30,120 nt of DNA from a virus: positions 1 through 30,120 of IMG/VR virus record IMGVR_UViG_3300045988_111621. One strand, given 5' to 3'. The notes beneath the pieces are model-generated. The model made no database searches. It was not told the origin of the DNA and worked only from the letters and a program-made list of their open reading frames with translations. Below, one piece after another: positions 20,462 through 29,730 of this stretch; position 1 is the first letter of the stretch, and the number at the start of each line of letters is the position of its first letter. A program made the translations under genes and the position numbers.

Positions 20462-20698
20462 ATGAAAATTGAAATTAAAGAAAAATATAAAGTAGTTAGT
20501 CCAGAAGAAGGTTATGTACTTACTAACTATAAAGAAGGAATGGATATTAAAGTGTATAGTTCATTTACTGAATGTATCTGTCCTTTAAGTTGCGATTTAG
20601 AGCATCTATCAGAAGTCTCTTTAGATAAAGATGCTGAATATAAAGAATTAGCTATTAAAGCTTCTAAAGAGTATGAGGAATCAATAAAAGTTAGATAA
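20462..20698 (+). CDS. Small companion protein 2 (paralogue of 16902-17117)
   Basis: Start taken at ATG 20462, after the recoded upstream stop. Sequence MKIEIKEKYKVVSPEEGYVLTNYKEGMDIKVYSSFTECICPL... Confidence 0.55.
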   Translation: MKIEIKEKYKVVSPEEGYVLTNYKEGMDIKVYSSFTECICPLSCDLEHLSEVSLDKDAEYKELAIKASKEYEESIKVR

Positions 20699-20700
20699 TT

Positions 20701-21360
20701 ATGATTATACTTAAGAATACTAAAAATACACAAACTTTCTATGTAAGTAAGAAATGTGGTATTGAATCTGGACAACTTCCTGTTGGTTCTTATACTAAGA
20801 TTGAAGCAGATGAAAGATTCCAACCTAAAGGTAATTACATTTCTGAGGAGAAAGCAGAAGAGTTAATTAATACTAAAGTAACAGAAAGTATTGAAGATCA
20901 AGTTCCTCCTTTAGTAGATCAATCTATAGATGCTAAGCTTGTTCCAATTAATACTGAGATTACTAATCTTAAAGGGGAAGTTGAGGAGTTAGAAACTTCT
21001 AAGATGGAAGTATTCCAAGCTAATCAACCTCTATCTTTACATAGAAATGGAGAAGGTTTGCAACTATCTGTAGATTTAAGTAATTATGCAACTAAAGCAG
21101 AAATTCCTGATACTAGTGATTTTGCTACTAAAGAAGAGCTTACAACTGTAGAGAATAAGATTCCTGATGTATCTGGATTAGCTACTAAAGATGAAGTTGC
21201 ACTTAAAGCAGATAAAAGTGAGTTATCAAACTATGTAACTACAGATGCATATAATACAAAGATGACAGAGTTAGATGGAGAAATCTCAGCAATTCAAGCT
21301 CAGATTGGTAATATTTCAACTACTCTTGATACAATTAATGGTGAAATTCCAAATGAATAG
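20701..21360 (+). CDS. Short tail fibre / fibre-like coiled-coil protein
   Basis: 219 aa. [26 protein letters not shown] parallels APLAFNEDKSQLSVDLSGYQPVGDYAT of the long fibre. It also has ATKAE/ATKEE/ATKDE repeats. Confidence 0.6.
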   Translation: MIILKNTKNTQTFYVSKKCGIESGQLPVGSYTKIEADERFQPKGNYISEEKAEELINTKVTESIEDQVPPLVDQSIDAKLVPINTEITNLKGEVEELETSKMEVFQANQPLSLHRNGEGLQLSVDLSNYATKAEIPDTSDFATKEELTTVENKIPDVSGLATKDEVALKADKSELSNYVTTDAYNTKMTELDGEISAIQAQIGNISTTLDTINGEIPNE

Positions 21361-21874
21361 AGTATTAACAAATTATCCTAACTATAGTGTATCTTCTACA
21401 GGAGATGTATATAGTAACCCATTGACTTTTAAAGATTCTATTGGAAGAACCAGAAAACAAATACATAAAAAGCTAAAACAGCATATAGATAAATATGGCT
21501 ATAATTATGTAATTCTAGTATCTGGCTTAGATAAACCTAAAGCTATTAAAGTTCACAGACTAGTAGCAGAAGCATTTATTCCAAATCCTGACAATCTACC
21601 ATATGTTAACCATATAAATGAAAATAAGACAGATAATAGGGTAGAAAATTTAGAATGATGTGATGCAAAGTATAATAATACATATGGAACTAGAATAAAT
21701 AGATGTATTGATAAAATTAGTAAACCTGTAGGGCTATTTATTAATGATTTACTAGTTAAAACATATAAAAATGCAATTGAAACATCAATAGATGGGTATA
21801 CTCATAGTAGAGTTATAGATTGTCTTAAAGGAAGAACAGACACTTATAAAGGGGTAAAATTTAAATATATCTAA
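21353..21874 (+). CDS. HNH homing endonuclease (NUMOD4-like N-terminus, HNH_3-like core)
   Basis: Start taken at ATG 21353 ([21 protein letters not shown]). Core [13 protein letters not shown]...[20 protein letters not shown](21656)-CD, where the family motif is NLEW. The C-terminus YKGVKFKYI is typical of these endonucleases. Confidence 0.75.
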
Positions 21875-21875
21875 T

Positions 21876-22865
21876 ATGACAAATACAATTTCTGATAAAT
21901 TAACGTATCTTGAAGGTACTAAGAGTGCCATTAAAGATGCTATTGTAGCTAAAGGTGTTGCTGTATCAGATTCCGATACCTTTAGAAGCTATGCAGATAA
22001 GATAGGACAGATTTCTGGAGGTGGTGGAGGAAAGATTAATTTAAATGATTATGGATTAACATTTTCAAATTCTAAAATGGATAAAGATCATTATGATAAC
22101 GTTGAATATGAAATTCCACAAGATTGTAGTTATTGATTTCATATGGCTTCATTTCAAGATCCTATTGATATATCTGATCATATTAATCCAGATATATTAT
22201 ATGCTGCGGAAAGAACATTTCAATATGCTAGGAATATACATATTAATGAGATAAAACTGATGGCCGAACTTCCATATACATTTTCTAGTTTTGCAGGCAG
22301 TATTGATACTCTAGAATTTATTAATCCTCAATCCGTTAGTTGAGGATATTGTACGCGCACATTTTATTTATCCTCATCTTTTCCAAAAAATATAACAATA
22401 ACAAATAAGTATGAAACTAGTGTATGTGCATTAGAATATTTTTTTAATCAAGTAACTACTGATTCTGCTGTTCCTATTAGTGTCCCTGAAATTGAAGTTA
22501 TAAATGGGCAAGTAACTTTTATTCAGTATTTTAGCTCAGATTCATCTAGTATCAAATCTATAGGTAAAATAAAATTAACAAATTGTTCTTTATACCGAGA
22601 TCTTAATAAAACAGCACTTTGTGGTATGGGTAGTACTGTTGTAACTTATTTTGGAGGTGTTGAAGGAGCTGATAAAAGTATGAATTTAGCAAATTTTAGA
22701 GCACTAAATAGTCAATCAGTAACTGATATTATTACAAATGTTAGTGATTTAACTGGAAAGGATACCAAAACTTTAACTTTTTATACTAACATTTATAATG
22801 CACTTACTGAAGAACAGAAATCATTAGCTACATCTAAAAACTGAACTTTAGCAAGTTCAAACTAA
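21876..22865 (+). CDS. Putative receptor-binding protein, BspA/DUF285-like, paralogue 3
   Basis: Three same-frame track ORFs are joined by TGA at 22134 and 22341. A third TGA at 22842 lies in the KN-W motif. N-terminal LTYLEGTKSAIKDAIVAKGVAVSDSDTFRSYADKI and a poly-Gly hinge. The C-terminus is LTEEQKSLATSKNWTLASSN. Confidence 0.6.
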
Positions 22866-22896
22866 TTGTCAGTTTTTATTTTTCTTAATACTTTGG

Positions 22897-22916
22897 GTGA
22901 GTAAAAAACTTGACAT
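22897..22916 (+). promoter_or_regulatory. Conserved motif, copy D (GTGAGTAAAAAACTTGACAT), followed by a hairpin
   Basis: Hairpin TTAAAGGAG-GCTTAGGT-CTCCTTTAA at 22916-22941, then TTATTTT. The next ATG is at 23018. Confidence 0.5.
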
Positions 22917-23017
22917 TAAAGGAGGCTTAGGTCTCCTTTAATTATTTTAATACATTAGTAAATTGGTTTATATTTTAAGAAAAAGATATGTAAAACTAAT
23001 GTAAATTGCTGTAAAAT

Positions 23018-23410
23018 ATGAATTATACTTTATTAATGCAAAATACAACTACTAAAGAAGTTTATACATTTGATCTTGAAAATCAGAATTATTCTGAGAA
23101 TATCTACTATAAGTTTGATATTACACTTCAAGAAGGAATGAGAGACGGTGAATATCAATATATTTTATTTACTAATCCAAATAAATTTCAAGTTATAGTT
23201 GATGTAAACAATCCATTTAGATCAGAGTTATATGGCAATCCAGTTATTCTGGTTACATATAATAATACTCTTACTAATGGTACTCAGATATTAGTTGCTG
23301 GTAAACCAATACCTATATTGGGAACAGGATTAATAAGAATTGGAGATTATGAGAATAATAATTATCAATACGACAAACCTAATACATACGTAAGTTATGA
23401 GCGAAAATAA
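23018..23410 (+). CDS. Hypothetical protein
   Basis: ORF track, 130 aa, no TGA. It overlaps the portal start by 14 nt. Confidence 0.55.
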   Translation: MNYTLLMQNTTTKEVYTFDLENQNYSENIYYKFDITLQEGMRDGEYQYILFTNPNKFQVIVDVNNPFRSELYGNPVILVTYNNTLTNGTQILVAGKPIPILGTGLIRIGDYENNNYQYDKPNTYVSYERK

Positions 23411-24479
23411 AACAAAAGTTCAGTTAAGTGCTATTGATCCATTTATTGCAAGTAATATCGTATTACCTACAGAAACTAAAGTGAGGGGAAAAGATTATGT
23501 AATGTGGGGAGAAGATAACAAATATCCATTATATCTATGGGATTTATATTTAAATGTTGCCACTCTCCAATCCATTATTAATGGTTCTGCTGACTTTATT
23601 GTTGGTAACGATGTTAAATGTAATGCTCCAGGATTTGAAGTAGTTGTAAACAAGAAAGGTGAAACAATAGTTGATATAATGAGAAAAATCACTATTGATA
23701 AGATGATATTTGGAGGTTATGCTATCCAAGTAATTAGAGATATGCTCGGAAGAGTTGCAGAGATATATCATATTGATTTTATGAATGTAAGGTCAAGCGA
23801 AAAGAATGATATATTATATTATGCAACTGATTGGACAGCTTGGTCTGTAAAAGCTATAAAATATCCAAAATTTGGAGCTGGGGATGAAAATCCAGCTAGT
23901 ATATTTTATAATAAAGGTTATATAACAAGAGGAGTATATCCTATTCCTGTTTATGGAGCTGCTATTTTATCTTGTGAAACTGAGAAAAATATTAATGAAT
24001 TCCATTTAAATAACATCAATAATGGATTTATGGGTAATCTTATTATTAACTTTAATAATGGGGAACCTACAGATGAAATTAGAGAGGAGATTGAGAGGAA
24101 TATTAATGAGAAGTTCTCTGGTTATCAGAATGCTGGCAGAATATTGATTTCATATAATGCAGATGAGGCAAATAAGACTACTATTGAAAGATTAGATTCT
24201 GATGATTTTGATGAGAAATATCAATCATTATCTGAGAGAACCAGAGATCAAATATTCTGTGCCTTCAGAGCTAATCCTAACTTATTTGGAATTAACTCAG
24301 ATTCAACTGGTTTTAATGAGCAAGAATTTGAATCTTCATTCAAGCTTTATAATAGAACTATGATTAGACCTATTCAGAAAGAGATTTGTGATTCATTTGA
24401 TAAGATCTTTGGAATGCAGAATTCAATCACAATTTCACCATTTAGCCTTAATGAAGCTGATACTAAACAAGTTGAATAA
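23397..24479 (+). CDS. Portal protein
   Basis: 360 aa. The overall pattern resembles small PBSX/HK97-type portals by eye (WGEDNKYP, YAIQVIRD, ...NPNLFGI...). No TGA; all four Trp are TGG. Confidence 0.6.
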   Translation: MSENKTKVQLSAIDPFIASNIVLPTETKVRGKDYVMWGEDNKYPLYLWDLYLNVATLQSIINGSADFIVGNDVKCNAPGFEVVVNKKGETIVDIMRKITIDKMIFGGYAIQVIRDMLGRVAEIYHIDFMNVRSSEKNDILYYATDWTAWSVKAIKYPKFGAGDENPASIFYNKGYITRGVYPIPVYGAAILSCETEKNINEFHLNNINNGFMGNLIINFNNGEPTDEIREEIERNINEKFSGYQNAGRILISYNADEANKTTIERLDSDDFDEKYQSLSERTRDQIFCAFRANPNLFGINSDSTGFNEQEFESSFKLYNRTMIRPIQKEICDSFDKIFGMQNSITISPFSLNEADTKQVE

Positions 24480-25162
24480 TGGAAAATAATTATAGAAATG
24501 TACTATTAATATCTGAAGATTATATAAAATCAGAATCCAATTTAGACAATAATGTTTCTGGTAAATATCTTCAGTCAGCAATTAAACTTGCACAAGATAT
24601 TGAGCTTCAGTCATTAATTGGAACTAAGCTCTTAGAAAAGATTCAGAAATTAGTAATTGATTGAAAAGATCCAAATAAACCAGTTCATCCAATAGAACCT
24701 CCTATTTATGATCCTACTTCAATAGATGACCCAGAAAATCATAGATATAAAGAATTGCTAGATTACTATATTCAGCCTTATTTACTTTATCAAGTATTAA
24801 GTGAGATTACTATACCCATCTCATTTAAGCTGAGTAATTTTGGGGTTATGAGGACTGATGATGAGAAAGATTTAACTTCTGATATTAGCCAAGTTAATCT
24901 TATTAAGAAATATTATAGAGATAAAGCAGATTTCTTTAAAACGAGATTACAAAATTGGGTAATTACATATTATAATGATTTTCCTGAATTGTATTCTTAT
25001 AAACCTCTTAAAGATATGTATCCAAATATGTATTCAAGTTCATCTTGCACTATTTGGTTAGGTGGAGCTAGAGGTAAAGGTTGGAGATATAATTCTTGTG
25101 AAGGTCCTCTGCAAAGAGCTTATGATTTCCCTTCAAGTGATAACAATAAAAAGAGTAAGTAA
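24479..25162 (+). CDS. Hypothetical virion protein (position suggests head completion/connector)
   Basis: Track ORFs 24479-24664 and 24755-25162 share a frame and are joined by TGA 24662-24664. TAATG-type coupling to the portal stop. Confidence 0.55.
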
Positions 25163-25163
25163 G

Positions 25164-25589
25164 ATGACGTATTTTGAATTAATAAACAATTTAAAAGCTT
25201 GTGCTCTTGAAGAACCCAATATTAATTTTGTAGGAAGTAAGGATATATATGAACTTAATAGTATCCCAACTATTGAATATAATGTATTTTATATAACTCC
25301 AAATACATTTAATATGGATGAGGATACTATTACTTACTCTTTAAATCTCTATTTTATAGCAAGATGGGATGAGACTGATAATAATCAGCTTGAAGAGCAA
25401 TCAGCTGGAATATTAGCATTAACTAATATAATTAACCGATTTAATAACCAATATCCAGAAGTTGATATTTCTTATCCTTTAATTTTTACTCCATTTTATC
25501 AGAAGTTCAAAGATATTTGTACTGGAGTATTTGTTAGAGTCGATTTAGCTGTAGACAATATTATTGGAGTATGTGAAGACAGTATGTAA
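25164..25589 (+). CDS. Hypothetical protein
   Basis: Start taken at ATG 25164 (MTYFELINNLKA...), just after the upstream stop 25160-25162, rather than the overlapping track start 25062. Confidence 0.5.
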   Translation: MTYFELINNLKACALEEPNINFVGSKDIYELNSIPTIEYNVFYITPNTFNMDEDTITYSLNLYFIARWDETDNNQLEEQSAGILALTNIINRFNNQYPEVDISYPLIFTPFYQKFKDICTGVFVRVDLAVDNIIGVCEDSM

Positions 25590-26242
25590 TGGAAAATAAA
25601 TTAAACTGGTTTGGAAAGGTATTAGAATGAGTAGATAAATATGGACTGTGGAAAATAATTAAAGGTGGATTTGGATTTATATTTATTTCTTATGTAATAA
25701 TTATAAGTACTAATCCAGGAATAATATATGATAAAGTTGTAAGTTATATAGAAACAGTTCATAATACTAATCAAGTAATACGACAAGAAGCGGATCTTAA
25801 GGTTAGATATATCCTTAAAGACCTTTTAAATGATACGAATGCAGATAGAGCTTGAGTTATTGAGTATCATAATGGCACTTCAGGATTAGGAGGATTACCA
25901 TTCACTTATGGAATTATGAATAGTGAAGAAACAGAACCTGGAGTTGCTCCAGTTTCAAGTCACTATAAAGACTTCCTATTATCTGATTATTTATTTATAT
26001 TGGAAACATCTAAAAAAGGAGGATGATTTGGAGATGTTGAAGATATAAAGGAATTAGATAGAAGAATGTATTATGCATTTAAATCTAATGATGTTAATAA
26101 GATTGCAATATTCTATTTAAAATCAGAAGATAGAGATATTGGAATTTTAGGCTTATCTTATTGTGATAATGAGATGCCAGTTGATACTTGAGTAAAACTA
26201 AGAGATGCAGGAATTAAAGTAAGTATAATTTTAAATAAATAA
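25589..26242 (+). CDS. N-terminally membrane-anchored protein of unknown function at the head of the lysis cassette
   Basis: ATG 25589 overlaps the upstream TAA. Four in-frame TGA (first at 25628-25630), TAA 26240-26242. Sequence MENKLNWFGKVLEWVDKYGLWKIIKGGFGFIFISYVIIISTN..., then a ~170-aa soluble domain. It is absent from the standard-code track. Confidence 0.55.
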
Positions 26243-26245
26243 GTT

Positions 26246-26407
26246 ATGAAATATTGGATGAAATATTTAATAGCAATAGTAATTATAATCTTAGTATTTT
26301 TAATGGTAAAAGTAATTCCATTTTGTATTACATTAGCACTCATAGCACTTGGTGCAGGATGTCATTTATTTTACCGTTATACTATGCTTAAAGATATTAT
26401 TAAATAA
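26246..26407 (+). CDS. Holin candidate (53 aa, two transmembrane helices)
   Basis: MKYWMKYLIAIVIIILVFLMVKVIPFCITLALIALGAGCHLFYRYTMLKDIIK. It lies immediately upstream of the endolysin and is translationally coupled to it (TAATG). Confidence 0.55.
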   Translation: MKYWMKYLIAIVIIILVFLMVKVIPFCITLALIALGAGCHLFYRYTMLKDIIK

Positions 26408-26859
26408 TGAAATATTTTACTATTAGTGAATTAACAAGATCTGATACAGCTTCTATTAAGAAGATAGATAATACTCCAAATAAAGAGATTACTGAACACC
26501 TTATAGAGTTAGTCGAGAAACTTTTAGACCCATTAAGAAGTGCTTGGGCAGAGTATTGTGATGTTAATCGGTTGGGGAATCCAGCAATAAGTGTGAATTC
26601 AGGTTATAGATGTAATGAGCTTAATAAAGCTGTAGGAGGATCTTTGACATCTGCTCACCTAACAGGATATGCAGCAGATATAATTCCAAGTAACGGCCAA
26701 ATGAAAGAATTTCAGGTTTGGATTACTGAAGCTATTGAGAAGTATGATTTTGATCAACTTATTTATGAGAAACCTAGAAATGGAATAGCTAGTTGAATTC
26801 ATTTAGGACTGAAGAATAAAGAGGGTTTGCAGAGAAGACAGAAATTTACTATTATATAA
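26407..26859 (+). CDS. Endolysin, zinc peptidase M15 family (VanY / L-Ala-D-Glu peptidase-like)
   Basis: SGYRCNELNKAVGGSLTSAHLTGYAAD (H-x6-D zinc ligands), then ...GIAS-TGA(26794-26796)-IHLG. The family has W-[VI]-H carrying the third zinc ligand. Stop TAA at 26857-26859. Confidence 0.75.
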
Positions 26860-27428
26860 TGTTTTACTATTGTTATAAAATAATTTTAACTGCAGGTACA
26901 TTAAGAGGCAAGTATTATATTGGGAAAAGGATTTATAGAGGTAAAGACATAAATAAAGATCCATATAAAGGATCAGGAAGGATTATTACTAATTATTACA
27001 AAAGATTCCCTAATGCATACCAAAAGATTATTTTGGCAACTTGCACTAATGCAGATGAATTATCTAAATTAGAATACAAACTAATTGGAGATAAATGGGA
27101 CACTGATCCTATGTGTTTAAATTTGAAACCTGGAGGAGAAGGAGGCAATTACGGAGTCAAATTTAATTCTGAATGAAAGAAGAAACTGTCTAATTCTAAT
27201 AAGGGAAAGAAACATAATTGCCCAGAATCTTGAAGAGTTAAAGTAGATGCTCATAACAAACAAAGATGTCGTAAAGTAGCTCAGTATGATTTAGATGGTA
27301 ATTTTATTCAAGAGTATGAAAGTTGCACAGAAGCAGCCAAATCTGTAGGAACTGATAGAGGAGCTATTAGTAGAGTATGTGGTGGATTAGCAAATACAGC
27401 TAAAGGATTCAAGTGAAGATATGTTTAA
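26859..27428 (+). CDS. GIY-YIG homing endonuclease
   Basis: YCYKII...GKYYIGKR...YKGSG...NLKPGGEG. The ORF continues through TGA 27174, 27231 and 27414 into NUMOD3/IENR1-like KLSNSNKGKKH and AAKSVGTDRGAISRVCGG. TAA at 27426-27428. Confidence 0.7.
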
Positions 27429-27430
27429 TA

Positions 27431-27470
27431 AAAAAGAAATAGGAGGGTATAAACCCTCCTATTTTCATTT
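27431..27470. terminator. Bidirectional terminator between convergent gene blocks
   Basis: AGGAGGG-TATAAA-CCCTCCT at 27441-27460, flanked by an A-rich tract upstream and ATTTTCATTT downstream. Confidence 0.65.
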
Positions 27471-27612
27471 ATTCCATTATTTCAAATAATTTATCATCTT
27501 CTTTAGGTATTAAATCTCCTGTTTGTAAGTCTACTAAAAACTTACTATTTTCTGGTATTACATATACATAATACACTCCATTTATACATACTTTATAGGT
27601 TTGGTATTTCAT
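27469..27612 (-). CDS. Hypothetical small protein (47 aa)
   Basis: Hand translated: MKYQTYKVCINGVYYVYVIPENSKFLVDLQTGDLIPKEDDKLFEIME. Its start lies 1 nt from the upstream stop. Confidence 0.4.
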   Translation of the reverse strand: MKYQTYKVCINGVYYVYVIPENSKFLVDLQTGDLIPKEDDKLFEIME

Positions 27613-27613
27613 A

Positions 27614-27754
27614 TTAATCAGTATATGTTGCATTAGTAATTTCTGGTTTTGGCATTTCTTCTACTTCTTCCCAAACTAAACCTCTATTCTGGTTTTCTAG
27701 TTGAACTATTCTGTATTCTAGTTCTTCAAGCTTTTTAAATAAATGATCATCCAT
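27614..27754 (-). CDS. Hypothetical small protein (46 aa, coiled-coil-like)
   Basis: Hand translated: MDDHLFKKLEELEYRIVQLENQNRGLVWEEVEEMPKPEITNATYTD. Confidence 0.4.
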   Translation of the reverse strand: MDDHLFKKLEELEYRIVQLENQNRGLVWEEVEEMPKPEITNATYTD

Positions 27755-27756
27755 AA

Positions 27757-27918
27757 TTAATCAAATTTAGAAATAAACATATAATCTTTATTTTTTAATA
27801 CTTTGTCTATAATATCACCAAATCTTTTAGTAGCCTCTTTACATTCGAGCATTCATCTATCTAACTCTTTAATATACTCTTCTGTTTGTTTAATTGTTTC
27901 TTTAATATCATTTTCCAT
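27757..27918 (-). CDS. Hypothetical small protein (53 aa)
   Basis: Hand translated: MENDIKETIKQTEEYIKELDRWMLECKEATKRFGDIIDKVLKNKDYMFISKFD, with one TGA=W at 27853-27855. Motif copy F lies about 20 nt upstream. Confidence 0.4.
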
Positions 27919-27935
27919 AATTAAAATATTTTAAT

Positions 27936-27990
27936 AAATGTCTATTTTTTACTCAACTAATGTATATAGATAAAAATAAAAATAGACATA
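27936..27990. repeat. Left arm of an imperfect ~50-bp inverted repeat bracketing the helicase gene
   Basis: AAATGTCTATTTTTTACTCAACTAATGTATATAGATAAAAATAAAAATAGACATA. The reverse complement of 29731-29786 reads AAGGTGTCAAATTTTTACTCACTTGATGTGTATAGATAAAATAAAAATAGACAAT. The core TATAGATAAAA(A)TAAAAATAGACA is identical apart from a 1-nt indel. Confidence 0.65.
27938..27956 (-). promoter_or_regulatory. Conserved motif, copy F (minus strand: TTGAGTAAAAAATAGACAT)
   Basis: This is the reverse complement of 27938-27956. It lies about 20 nt upstream of minus-strand ATG 27918. Confidence 0.5.
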
Positions 27991-29709
27991 CTAATTTTTA
28001 AAGACATACTTTTTACCTATAATAGTATATCCATAAGATCTGTTTCCATTCACTGATTTTTTAGTTACCTTAACTTCATAATATTTTGTAATATCAGTAG
28101 CTTTAGCATTAGTTTTATTAACTAAATCATAAGCTTTTTGTAGTATCTTTTTAATATCAGTATTAGAATACCACATACCTAAAGTTATATCTTTATTAAG
28201 TTTATTTGCTACTTTATTATCTACAGATTTATCTGAAGTTTTAATAAGTTCATCTTTTATTTTAGTAATACAGTATTTTAGAGTGGCCATTTTATTGAAT
28301 CCAAGTTTAGTAATAGCATCCATTAACCAAGGGTATTTAATAAGAGCATCATCTAATTTTGGGGTGTTTACCTTATATAAGGTTTCATATTCCTCTCTTA
28401 CTTCTTTAATTATATCTTTAAATGCTTTTGTTTTAGTATTTAGATCTATTTTTATAGAATTATCATATTGTTCTACCACTTTATTAAATCCTTTATTAAT
28501 ATATTCCTTAGAAAGATTAGCTCTAGCAGAATACAGTCCCCTAGATACTTTAAAATTAAATAAATCAATTTTAGCCATATTAGGGTCAAATTCAAATACA
28601 TCATCCCAATTTAATTTAATGTATGCATCAGAAGTAAATTCTCTAAGTTTCTTTTTAGCTATCTCTGGAAGTTTATTGTATGCTTCTACAGCAATTTTAG
28701 TTTCTTCAATATTCTGGATATTAAGCTTTTTAAATTCTTCATAAGATATATCAGCATATCTTGTTGTAGAATAAATGTGAGTTATCCAATTAATATATTT
28801 ACTATTTCTAATTCTACCAGCAATCTGCTGTATAGAAGTTGATATATCAAGTAATGTATTAGCTTTACTTGGATCAGATATAATTATTATCCTTCCATTT
28901 TCATCATAAATATCTGAACCTTCAAATACAGTTGAAGTTAATAAGTTTATTTTCTTAGGTTCATCTAAGACTGTTGAATTAGGAATTGACAGTTTAGTTT
29001 TATTGTTTTTGGAATATATAACTCTGGTATTATTAGATGTTAATTTGGCTTTCTTAATAAGGTTCTTTATAAAGTCTACTGAATTAACGAATATGTAGGC
29101 GTTACCTTCAACCTGTCCGTTTAAAAATCCATTTATAAGTTTAATAGTAGAAGCTTCTACATTATCACATTTAACAGTTTGCACTTTTACATCTATAACA
29201 TCATCCCATTCCTGCTTTACTAATTCTAAATCTTTTAATTCATCTAATACAAACTCTTCCTCTAAAGGTGTTGCGGTCATAAATGTAAAATTACCAAATA
29301 ATTTATAATATTTAAGCACTGATTGAATAGCAGAGCTTCTAAAGCTATACTGATTAAAGAGAATATGATATTCATCAATTAAAATGCTAAACTCTTTAGG
29401 ATTAATTGCAGAAATAACTTTATAAAGAGAATCATAGGTAACAATGATTTTAGGGCATTTAACACTATCTACATAATCTTTAATCTCTTTAATAGTAACA
29501 CCAGCATAAACTCCAAATATCTTCTCAGTACGTCTTTCATTTGGATATTGTTGAAGTTTATTTTCAACTAAGCTAGTAAATGGAACACAAATAACATAAG
29601 GCTTATTGCATTCAATTGCCATTGAAGTTCCTCCACATCCAACTTTTCCTTTATCAAATAAACAGTTAGTTGGCAACTCATTAATAATTTCATTTAAATA
29701 TGTTTTCAT
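27991..29709 (-). CDS. Superfamily 2 (DEAD/DExH-like) helicase
   Basis: 572 aa. Motif I GKVGCGGTS, motif II LIDEYH, motif III MTATP, motif VI QQIAGRIRN. No TGA; all five Trp are TGG. Confidence 0.7.
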   Translation of the reverse strand: MKTYLNEIINELPTNCLFDKGKVGCGGTSMAIECNKPYVICVPFTSLVENKLQQYPNERRTEKIFGVYAGVTIKEIKDYVDSVKCPKIIVTYDSLYKVISAINPKEFSILIDEYHILFNQYSFRSSAIQSVLKYYKLFGNFTFMTATPLEEEFVLDELKDLELVKQEWDDVIDVKVQTVKCDNVEASTIKLINGFLNGQVEGNAYIFVNSVDFIKNLIKKAKLTSNNTRVIYSKNNKTKLSIPNSTVLDEPKKINLLTSTVFEGSDIYDENGRIIIISDPSKANTLLDISTSIQQIAGRIRNSKYINWITHIYSTTRYADISYEEFKKLNIQNIEETKIAVEAYNKLPEIAKKKLREFTSDAYIKLNWDDVFEFDPNMAKIDLFNFKVSRGLYSARANLSKEYINKGFNKVVEQYDNSIKIDLNTKTKAFKDIIKEVREEYETLYKVNTPKLDDALIKYPWLMDAITKLGFNKMATLKYCITKIKDELIKTSDKSVDNKVANKLNKDITLGMWYSNTDIKKILQKAYDLVNKTNAKATDITKYYEVKVTKKSVNGNRSYGYTIIGKKYVFKN

Positions 29710-29730
29710 AGTTGTAATAATTTTGGTTAT

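Noticed and set aside
17123-22865. Diversity-generating retroelement (template/variable repeat pair) in the fibre/RBP locus
   Set aside because: The internal repeats (e.g. 18671-18740 versus 19031-19100) differ at all base types rather than specifically at adenines. No reverse transcriptase gene is present in the window.
7063-26343. Short antisense or overlapping track ORFs: 7063-7251(-), 10022-10240(-), 12440-12688(-), 13685-13984(-), 14310-14501(+), 14636-14857(-), 16044-16247(-), 16328-16642(-), 16674-16910(-), 19356-19544(-), 20527-20823(-), 23495-23692(-), 23550-23771(-), 26158-26343(-)
   Set aside because: Each lies entirely within a longer, better-supported CDS on the other strand or in another frame, and has low-complexity translations.
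28283-28744. 153-aa plus-strand ORF inside the helicase gene
   Set aside because: It is fully antisense to a well-supported SF2 helicase CDS. Its translation is low-complexity and Ser/Leu/Ile-rich, as expected from reading an AT-rich gene backwards. The possible antisense promoter at about 27976-27989 is noted separately, but it does not imply coding.
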